Shown one piece after another: positions 56,586 to 64,000 of a stretch of 64,000 nucleotides of DNA (position 1 is its first letter; the number at the start of each line of letters is the position of its first letter). The translations under genes were made by a program, and so were the position numbers. Source of the DNA: Candidatus Thorarchaeota archaeon (GTDB lineage Archaea; Asgardarchaeota; Thorarchaeia; Thorarchaeales; Thorarchaeaceae); NCBI GenBank assembly GCA_048882385.1, contig JBHLRQ010000002.1, positions 5,581 through 69,580 of the forward strand, read 5' to 3'. The notes beneath the pieces were generated by a model. The model had not been told where the DNA came from. It saw nothing but the letters and a program-made list of their open reading frames with translations, and searched no databases.

Positions 56586-58982
56586 ATGCAGTTATTCGAG
56601 ACATTTGCTGGAATGCACTGGTATGAACAAGCAATGATCTTCACAGTCATTCTGGCTGCTATTGCAAGTCTCGTGTACGCTTGGTGGCTCAGAAAAGGAG
56701 TCCTTCAACAGGACAAAGGGACTGAGCAGATGCAGAAGGTTTGGAATGGCATTAGAGAGGGTGCTCTGTCCTATTTGAATAGGCAGCTGAAGACAATAAT
56801 TCCTATACTAGTTGTCTTATCCTTCTTGCTCTTCTTTACTATTTACATCACCGTCCCAGAGAGAGGTACACTAGAGCTATTTGGAATCGATCCAATTAAT
56901 CCTGAATCGACTCCAGAAGCCCTTGCAGCAGCAAGGTTACTTGTTGGTCTAGGTCGTTCTCTAGCCTTTGTACTGGGTGCGAGCTTCTCTTTGATAGTTG
57001 GACAGCTTGGTATGCGTATTGCAGTTGAGTCCAACATTCGGGTTGCACAGGCTACACGAGAAGGTGAAGACAGATACAATAGAGCATTGACAATCTCGTA
57101 CCGCGGTGGTACATTCACCGGAATGTTGACTGACGGTCTTGGCTTGGCTGGTGGAACTTTCATCTTCATAATATATGGAATTGCAGCTCCTGATGCACTT
57201 CTTGGTTTTGGACTTGGAGGTACACTTCTCGCACTTTTCATGAGAGTTGGTGGCGGTATATATACAAAAGCCGCTGACGTCGGTGCTGACCTTGTAGGAA
57301 AACTTGAGCAAGGACTACCTGAAGACGATCCACGAAATGCCGCTGTTGTAGCAGATCTTGTAGGAGATAATGTCGGTGACTGTGCAGGGATGGCAGCTGA
57401 CATTTTCGAATCATATGAGGTGACAATCGTATCAGCTCTGATTCTGGCCATTGTCATCTTTCTTGAGAATCCAATCGGCCTCCTACCCGGTGGTCTATTG
57501 GCTGTAGTCGTCTTTCCACTCTTCATACGAGCTGTTGGTGTAATTTCATCAATGATTGGAACGGTAATGGTGCCTGTCTGGCCTAGGATCCTGAAGAAAA
57601 GTGCTGTATATGCAGAGAAAGCAATGTTTCTCTCCTATGAGGCATCAAGTGCATTTACTATCATTCTATCAATGCTGATATCTTGGTTCTATGTCGGAGA
57701 CCTCCGATTTGGAATCTTGATTGCTGTTGGTGTACTGCTTGCAGTATCATTCAATCCTATCACGAGCTACTTCACTTCACTGAAGAAACCACCTGTTCAA
57801 GAGATCGTCAAATCCGCTGAAACAGGTCATGCTACTTTCATTCTGTCAGGACTTGTAGCTGGCTACGAATCAACAGTTGCTGCCTTAGTTGTTATTGTCG
57901 CAACATTTGGTATTGCATGGGTTCTATTCCTAGCACCTGTTGCAGCTGCCTTGGCACCTTGGTTCGTTGCTGATGCCTATGGACATCTATGGACACTTTA
58001 TGGTATTGCATTGATTGGTATTGGAATGCTCTCACACACTGGCAATAATGTAGCCATGGACTCTTATGGTCCTATTAGCGACAATGCTGCTGGTATAGGT
58101 GAGCTATCACCTGGGGATTTTGATGAAACCTCAATGAAGACCATGGCTGAACTTGACGCAGTTGGAAACACAACCAAAGCTATCACAAAAGGAGTTGCTA
58201 TTGCTTCAGCAGTCATTGCTGCAGTAAGCCTATTCGACAGCTATGTCGTTGTGGCCGGGTTGGAACACATCTTCATGGATGACCCAATTGTGTTCTCAGG
58301 TCTTCTGCTTGGTGCTGCATTACCTTGGTTGTTCTCTGCACTGAATATCAAGGCTGTCACACGAGCCGCAGGCGAGATGGTCATGGAGGTTCGAAGACAG
58401 TTCAGGATACCTGGTATCCTTGAAGGTACTAAGAAACCCGACTATGATAGGGCTGTTGATATTTCAACAACCGCTGCACAAAAGGAGCTCATCTCACTTG
58501 CAGCGCTAACAATCTCCATTCCAATCATGGTGGGTATTCTGTTTGGTGTCACAGCACTCGGAGGATTTCTCGGTGGAATCATTGTGTCTGGTCAGTTGTT
58601 GGCCGTCTTCATGTCCAACACCGGTGGAGCATGGGACAACGCGAAGAAAGCAATCGAGGATGAACCCTGTGATATAGAACATAACACTGGAAAGGGTTCT
58701 GAGCGCCACAAGTGTGGTGTTGTTGGTGACACAATTGGTGACCCACTAAAAGACACAGCAGGTCCTGCGCTCAATCCAATGATCAAGGTAGTTAACCTAC
58801 TCGCTTTGATTCTAGCCCCCCTTCTGGTTCAGTTCACGTTTGGAGCAGATTTCACTACTAACATAATCTTAGTTGGTGCATTGTTCATAATGTTCATGCT
58901 AACAGTCTGGTCAATACGAAAGAGTACCAAACCTGCTGACTTCGGTACTAGCCGTGCCAAAGAATTGGAAGCAGTTCAGTAG
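56586..58982 (+). CDS. hppA: membrane-bound proton/sodium-translocating pyrophosphatase
   Basis: 798 aa with about 16 TM segments; GGG(I/A)YTKAADVGADLVGK, DNVGDCAGMAADIFESYEV and DTIGDPLKDTAGPALN signature motifs. Confidence 0.9.
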   Translation: MQLFETFAGMHWYEQAMIFTVILAAIASLVYAWWLRKGVLQQDKGTEQMQKVWNGIREGALSYLNRQLKTIIPILVVLSFLLFFTIYITVPERGTLELFGIDPINPESTPEALAAARLLVGLGRSLAFVLGASFSLIVGQLGMRIAVESNIRVAQATREGEDRYNRALTISYRGGTFTGMLTDGLGLAGGTFIFIIYGIAAPDALLGFGLGGTLLALFMRVGGGIYTKAADVGADLVGKLEQGLPEDDPRNAAVVADLVGDNVGDCAGMAADIFESYEVTIVSALILAIVIFLENPIGLLPGGLLAVVVFPLFIRAVGVISSMIGTVMVPVWPRILKKSAVYAEKAMFLSYEASSAFTIILSMLISWFYVGDLRFGILIAVGVLLAVSFNPITSYFTSLKKPPVQEIVKSAETGHATFILSGLVAGYESTVAALVVIVATFGIAWVLFLAPVAAALAPWFVADAYGHLWTLYGIALIGIGMLSHTGNNVAMDSYGPISDNAAGIGELSPGDFDETSMKTMAELDAVGNTTKAITKGVAIASAVIAAVSLFDSYVVVAGLEHIFMDDPIVFSGLLLGAALPWLFSALNIKAVTRAAGEMVMEVRRQFRIPGILEGTKKPDYDRAVDISTTAAQKELISLAALTISIPIMVGILFGVTALGGFLGGIIVSGQLLAVFMSNTGGAWDNAKKAIEDEPCDIEHNTGKGSERHKCGVVGDTIGDPLKDTAGPALNPMIKVVNLLALILAPLLVQFTFGADFTTNIILVGALFIMFMLTVWSIRKSTKPADFGTSRAKELEAVQ

Positions 58983-59073
58983 GAACAAACAATCTAGTGG
59001 TGGCACCTAGTGCCACCCACCACTCTCTTCTTCTTGAAAACGACAACCTTTTGTCCAAATAATCCACTATCTT

Positions 59074-60270
59074 TTGATTGCATTAGATAAATCGAGTTTT
59101 AGGAAAATGGAGAGGAAGAGGTTGGAAGGAAGTCTGACACCAAATACTCAGTTAGAAGGGCATGAGTTTACAGTCTGGTCTGTCGCCGTCACTGAAGATG
59201 GAAGGAACATACTTTCTGGCGGCCAAGACGCAACTATACGTCTTTGGGACATTGATAATGAAGAGGAAATTCACAAATTTGTTGGCCACCAAGGTCCTGT
59301 CTATGGTCTGGCTATAATGCCTGATGGCAAGCGATTTGTATCAATTGCTGACAAAGACCTCGCTGTTAAAATCTGGGACATTGAAACTAAAACCCTAATC
59401 AGTTCATTGGCCCCCAACTCTGCACATGTGAACGCAGTTGCAGTGAGTCATGATCAGAGATACATCGTTACAGGTGGAGATGATGGAATTACACGATTCT
59501 GGGACATCGATCGTGGCATCAACCTCCGAACTCTTAAGCACACTCATAGTATATACTCCATTTTGATTAGCCCTGACAATCGGTACATGCTGTGTGGAAG
59601 CAAGCAAGAACTTCTCTCAACCAAACCGGGAGTAGTTACTGTTTGGGATTTTGAGCTTGGAATTCTTTTGAAGACCCTAGAAGGTCATAAAGGGCATGTT
59701 ACAGCATTGGCAATGTCTGCAGACTCTCGATACATCCTGTCGGGTGGTCAGGATGGAGTAGTTCATCTCTGGGACCTCGAAACAGGAACACAGTTGAAGA
59801 CGATGACTGGTCACAGAGACTCAATACTATTGATTCATGTCACATCCGATGGTCAACACATCATTACTGGATCAGGAGATGGTACTGTCCGTGTCTGGAT
59901 TCTCCGTGGAGGTGTTCTTCTACGAAACCTCACACATACAGAGAACGTACACTCAATGGCCATCACGTCAGATAGTCGTCACGTCATCACGGGTTCTGTA
60001 GAGGGTATGGTTGAGATTTGGGATTTTGAAAGAGACAGTCCTTGGATTGATACATCAAAGGAGCGAGCTGAAGAGGAAAAGACAGAGCTAGAAGCTTTCC
60101 GTATGCTTCAACTCAAAAAGATAATGACTCGTTATGAAACATTACCTCTTGAACGATTAGCAACAGTTCTTAGATTTCCAAATCTTGAAGAACTTGAGGA
60201 TTGGTTATTGGACCTGCCTCCTGAGATGCCTGTCAAAATCGACGGTCCATTGCTCATCATTAGAAAGTAG
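59074..60270 (+). CDS. WD40-repeat beta-propeller protein with a C-terminal helical (winged-helix/PCI-like) extension
   Basis: Seven GH...WD repeats (VWSVAVTEDGRNILSGGQDATIRLWD, and so on) and an extension of about 80 aa. Confidence 0.8.
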   Translation: MIALDKSSFRKMERKRLEGSLTPNTQLEGHEFTVWSVAVTEDGRNILSGGQDATIRLWDIDNEEEIHKFVGHQGPVYGLAIMPDGKRFVSIADKDLAVKIWDIETKTLISSLAPNSAHVNAVAVSHDQRYIVTGGDDGITRFWDIDRGINLRTLKHTHSIYSILISPDNRYMLCGSKQELLSTKPGVVTVWDFELGILLKTLEGHKGHVTALAMSADSRYILSGGQDGVVHLWDLETGTQLKTMTGHRDSILLIHVTSDGQHIITGSGDGTVRVWILRGGVLLRNLTHTENVHSMAITSDSRHVITGSVEGMVEIWDFERDSPWIDTSKERAEEEKTELEAFRMLQLKKIMTRYETLPLERLATVLRFPNLEELEDWLLDLPPEMPVKIDGPLLIIRK

Positions 60271-60303
60271 ACAAATCTTGCGTCAAACATTCTACTATTA
60301 ATA

Positions 60304-61413
60304 TTGCATAAGTCAGTCATCTATACAAACATCTTTGGAGTCAATCCCATGAACGATGAAATCACATACAAAGAATTAGAGGAAACGCTTGTCATCTACA
60401 AACGAATTCATGGGAAAGCAAAAGATCTTCCACCAATATTTGAAAGTCTGAGTAAAGCAGCAGGGAACAAGGCTAATGGAGTCCCCATAGTCATTCATCA
60501 CTGGCCACTTCGTGATGACAATGGATATGACATGGATGTCTGTATACCAGTTGACGGTGAAATCAAGACTTCTGAATTTAGCACAAAGACATTGAAGGGC
60601 GGTCATGCCGCATCACTGATTTACAAGGGAGCGTATGAGAAGATTGGAGAAACCTATTCTAGGATGGTGACTGATTTTTATTCTCACGGTCTGCCTATTG
60701 CTGAATCTGGTCGGATGGAATATCCAAATCTTGATCTCGAAGACCCGGAGAAAAACATCATTGAAGTTCAGATAGTCCTACATGATTGGGAGAATAGGCT
60801 ATCTGAAAACGTACGCCGGGTTTTGGGACCTGATGTCGAAAAGCAGGTTATGACCAGTTTGAGAGAGATTCCTCTAACAGCACCGCATAAAGATAGGACG
60901 AATGCTATCATAGCTGTGTTAGAGAAACTGGAAAAGGTTGCAGATGAATCACAACGATATGAAATCCTTTCAAGATGCGCTCATGTATACCCACCAGAAC
61001 TCATTCCACCTATGAGAGAACTCTGGCTAAATACAAAGAATATTGATGCTGTAATAGCAAAAATGAAAGAACTTGGAGGTTACTATCCGAAGTGTAGCAG
61101 AAATGGGCGAGTCATATCACAGGTAAAGAATCCTGCCAATCCAAAGGCTTTCGAGGAAGCAAAGACTCGTGAGGAGAAGCGGAAAGCATATTGTTTCTGT
61201 CCCCTTATTAAAGAGTCATTAGATGAGGTTCCGAGTACATTCTGCAACTGTTCAGCAGGTTGGCCTCGTCAGATTTGGGAAGGAATCTTGGGGGAAAAGG
61301 TCAGAGTGGAAATAGTAAGGTCTTTACTGACTGATGATGACTACTGTGAATTTGCCATCTACCTTCCTGATTCTGTTCAGACTGATGGATTTGATCAGAC
61401 CATTGAAGCCTGA
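60304..61413 (+). CDS. GyrI-like small-molecule-binding domain protein with a Cys-rich C-terminal domain
   Basis: The N-terminal roughly 160 aa resemble the GyrI/AraC-effector-binding fold (IVIHHWPLRDDNGYDMDVCIPVDGEI...GGHAASLIYKGAYEKIGETY...VQIVLHDWEN). The C-terminus has CFCP...CNCSAGW...C. Confidence 0.5.
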   Translation: MHKSVIYTNIFGVNPMNDEITYKELEETLVIYKRIHGKAKDLPPIFESLSKAAGNKANGVPIVIHHWPLRDDNGYDMDVCIPVDGEIKTSEFSTKTLKGGHAASLIYKGAYEKIGETYSRMVTDFYSHGLPIAESGRMEYPNLDLEDPEKNIIEVQIVLHDWENRLSENVRRVLGPDVEKQVMTSLREIPLTAPHKDRTNAIIAVLEKLEKVADESQRYEILSRCAHVYPPELIPPMRELWLNTKNIDAVIAKMKELGGYYPKCSRNGRVISQVKNPANPKAFEEAKTREEKRKAYCFCPLIKESLDEVPSTFCNCSAGWPRQIWEGILGEKVRVEIVRSLLTDDDYCEFAIYLPDSVQTDGFDQTIEA

Positions 61414-61430
61414 CCTTTCTTCTGGTGATA

Positions 61431-63479
61431 CTATCTCTTCTTCTTGAGTATCAAAACAACAGCCCCAATTATGACGGCGGCTGAACCAACAATCGTTCCA
61501 ATGATCAAGATGTCTGGCAGTCCAGAGGTCACTGTAACCCAGACGGTATTTGTCACGGAATGTCCAGCTATATCCTTGAGGATCAGAGTGAAGTTGTAAC
61601 TTCCAACATTTAATCCATCAACATTATGAACTATGTTCGACCCATTCCAATCCTCAGTTGTACCGACAAACCCGTCATGGATTATAGTGTAGTTTGAATG
61701 GTCTCCATCCTCGTCTGTCACTTCCCAAACAATTTGGTTTCCTGTTGTTCCCTGAATGTATGTGACATCGCTCACTGAGAGTATCCTTGGAGCCAAACCT
61801 GATGGCCAATGATAGTCCATGGCTCTACTGAGTTCTGTCCGAATTTCGGGATTATCAAAATCAGATACGTAAAATGGTCCGCATGTTGGAACAGGAGCTG
61901 AATAACTCCATTCTGCATATCCTAAACCTGTTTCTTCATTATAGATGTGCTCAGGGATGATTTTCTCCTGAAGTATCTGTTGAATGTTGTAAAATGATTC
62001 AGTGCTTAATACCACTCTTGCTCTATACGACGACAATACTTGTGAGGACATGTATTCATTAGGCCATCCGTAATACGAGTGAGAATTTCCGTATGCCCTT
62101 GTTTCATTAATATACATGAAAGTGAAGGCTATGTCTTCAGCAGTGAGAAGTTCTCCATCTGACCAAACAGCATTGTCCTTGATATCAACTGTAATCCATG
62201 TCTGTCCCTCTGGAACTGATGGATTGGCTGCATGATTCTCGATGAGTATTTCTTTGACTAGGTCCGGATATGCAACATCGTCTGGCCCCATCTTGAATAG
62301 ACTTGATTGAAGGGTTTCACTGACTGCTTTTGAAACATAGTTGTTGGAGGAAAGAAAGTTGTATGTACTAGGTTCAAGCCCAGTAGCAATATTATAGGTC
62401 CCTCCGAAAGGACTACCAGTTCTAGTGTGGACTTTCAAGTTAGTCCAGGGACCCAAAATCCCCCAAAATTTGTCCTCAACATGACCAGTGAGCTCTGCTA
62501 TCCGATAAGCTTGATAGTCGATATCCTCGTAGAGAATAATTGATGGTACATTCTCTTGCAGATGCTCTTGTAAGGCTGAGATTGTCTCAAAGACTTCTTC
62601 GTAAGTCGTGGCACTATGAAACTCATCGAACAATGTATCAAACGTGTCATTCTCATACCTGTATTGATTGATATATGCCACATCCGCGTATTGTGACAAA
62701 TAATCAGACAATATTCTATCAGGGTCATCCTCAAAAAATCTCCAATCGTGGATTGCCAAGTCATAATTTGGATCATAGTCTTTTGGATAAACTGAATGAA
62801 TCCACATAGTACCCTTTTCAGTAAGAGTTGGAATGTGAAGTGATGCTAATGCATCAGCTACAATCCCTGCGGCTGGATGATCCCAAGACAGAATCGTGAA
62901 CGAAAAGAAGGTTCCATTAGGCATCTGTCTCATATTAGTACCAGGATCGACCACAAAACCCAGATTATCTAGAATCTGATTTCCGAGATCTGATTGGTTT
63001 GTATAGTAATCATATGGAAGGTCGTCTTCAATACACCAACTACTTCGCAATGAAAAGACCGAATCATGTCCTATTGCGTGATTACTCCTGGCTTCTGCTA
63101 CAATCCGAGTTTTGTCAATTGCATATGCAATGGCTCTTCTAAATGCACTGATGTTCAGGGGGTACTTTCGGCAGTTGATTGCGAGGCGTCCGTAGCCATT
63201 TTCTGGTATTGGGTGTACTCCAATATCAGGATCCGCCTCCAAGATGCTTAGGTAAGTTGGATCAATAGGGTCAAGGAGTGCATCGAAGTTTCCAGCCTGT
63301 AATGCGAGAATTCTACTAGCCTCATCAGGTTCTACAGTATATACAACCTTCTCCATATATGAGCCAGAACAAGGATTCTCTGAATCTTCAAGCACTGCAT
63401 TGATTGTAATAGTGCTGGAGAATAAAATGATTGCCAAAAAGCAAACTATCACAACGCGAATAGCTGATTTTAAAGCCAT
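61431..63479 (-). CDS. ABC transporter substrate-binding protein, family 5 (oligopeptide/nickel type), with an extra C-terminal beta-rich domain and a C-terminal TM anchor
   Basis: N-terminal signal/anchor, SBP_bac_5-like core (YTVEPDEA...LDPID; LAINCRKYPLNISAFRRAIAYAIDKTRI), an extra domain of about 100 aa, and a final TM segment plus KKKR. Confidence 0.6.
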   Translation of the reverse strand: MALKSAIRVVIVCFLAIILFSSTITINAVLEDSENPCSGSYMEKVVYTVEPDEASRILALQAGNFDALLDPIDPTYLSILEADPDIGVHPIPENGYGRLAINCRKYPLNISAFRRAIAYAIDKTRIVAEARSNHAIGHDSVFSLRSSWCIEDDLPYDYYTNQSDLGNQILDNLGFVVDPGTNMRQMPNGTFFSFTILSWDHPAAGIVADALASLHIPTLTEKGTMWIHSVYPKDYDPNYDLAIHDWRFFEDDPDRILSDYLSQYADVAYINQYRYENDTFDTLFDEFHSATTYEEVFETISALQEHLQENVPSIILYEDIDYQAYRIAELTGHVEDKFWGILGPWTNLKVHTRTGSPFGGTYNIATGLEPSTYNFLSSNNYVSKAVSETLQSSLFKMGPDDVAYPDLVKEILIENHAANPSVPEGQTWITVDIKDNAVWSDGELLTAEDIAFTFMYINETRAYGNSHSYYGWPNEYMSSQVLSSYRARVVLSTESFYNIQQILQEKIIPEHIYNEETGLGYAEWSYSAPVPTCGPFYVSDFDNPEIRTELSRAMDYHWPSGLAPRILSVSDVTYIQGTTGNQIVWEVTDEDGDHSNYTIIHDGFVGTTEDWNGSNIVHNVDGLNVGSYNFTLILKDIAGHSVTNTVWVTVTSGLPDILIIGTIVGSAAVIIGAVVLILKKKR

Positions 63480-63577
63480 ATCAAAACGCCCCTACGATGT
63501 TCCAAACATTTGAGGATAAATACTTAGTCGTTCCTTGAAACAATTCTCGGCTTGAGAGAATCCTTCTGAAACACGAT

Positions 63578-63916
63578 TCATGATTGTTTTCCATCATCAT
63601 GTAAAAGGAAGTATCCTGCTAACACATATTTAGATGCCAAGAATGCTATCTGCCTCTCATCGTCTGTCAAGGGGATTGATTCCACTCCCAGACTTTCCAT
63701 CTTGGCTTTGAGCTCCTCTTCATACATCTCCTCAATGTGCTTTCCAGTTTCAGCTTCTAGTCGTTGCATGTCCTCTCTTCGAAGCTTTACTACCCTATCA
63801 GAACCTGCAATAAGATACAGCATGGATGGGCCAACACCAATTCGTAACAATTCTTTGACCACTCGAGGTCTCTTTCTTCTCGGACCTCTTTGTGAGCTTC
63901 TTGCTCTACCTCTCAT
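63578..63916 (-). CDS. hypothetical small protein with a basic N-terminus
   Basis: ORF with an Arg/Lys-rich N-terminus (RGRARSSQRGPRRKRPR), suggesting nucleic-acid binding; no confident family. Confidence 0.35.
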   Translation of the reverse strand: MRGRARSSQRGPRRKRPRVVKELLRIGVGPSMLYLIAGSDRVVKLRREDMQRLEAETGKHIEEMYEEELKAKMESLGVESIPLTDDERQIAFLASKYVLAGYFLLHDDGKQS

Positions 63917-64000
63917 TTCACTCTCGCCTACTTTTGATGTTTACACAGGTTTCAATGTTTCTGCACAAGTGTAGGTCTACGAATTAAGCGCAATCCACAT

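Noticed and set aside
56843-57526. 227-aa minus-strand ORF (Ala/Pro/Ser-rich) and the 56961-57311 ORF overlapping hppA
   Set aside because: They are antisense to the unmistakable H+-PPase gene, and their low-complexity composition is typical of reverse-frame translation of a membrane-protein gene.

Overview
This 64 kb window looks like a chromosomal segment from an archaeon of about 40% GC. The archaeal signature rests on the thiolase + DUF35 gene pair, the porDAB 2-oxoacid:ferredoxin oxidoreductase genes, the ZPR1-type zinc finger, sequon-rich giant surface proteins, the PadR regulator, the H+-pyrophosphatase and a tRNA-Ala. An Asgard-like lineage is plausible but unproven. The window mixes ordinary metabolism with an unusual accessory set. 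Metabolic genes are a LeuA-family synthase, acyl-CoA dehydrogenase/thiolase, nitroreductase, a C-N hydrolase, PorDAB, UbiX, an MR/MLE enolase, the H+-PPase and two ABC exporter genes. The first accessory item is two tandem, paralogous, N-glycosylation-sequon-rich giant surface proteins of 1475 and 3056 aa; the larger carries about 20 tandem Ig-like repeats, and both are type-I membrane proteins with cytoplasmic tails. One tail carries a longin/roadblock-like domain that recurs in a separate cytoplasmic protein at 51.3-52.5 kb, and the other tail ends in a winged-helix-like segment. The second item is a tandem pair of large proteins built from 8-9 CCCH zinc-ribbon modules plus an alpha/beta domain and a terminal C4 ribbon. 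The third is a SAMHD1/dNTPase-like HD-domain protein in which every catalytic His/Asp appears replaced. The fourth is a pair of secreted M28 peptidase paralogs, one of which has lost the Glu-Glu/His metal ligands, both with TSP3-like acidic Ca-binding repeats and C-terminal anchors. The fifth is a two-gene cassette of unknown function. I recognised no CRISPR array, transposase or integrase. Coordinates of domains inside genes were computed by hand from the ORF track and may be off by a few nt.
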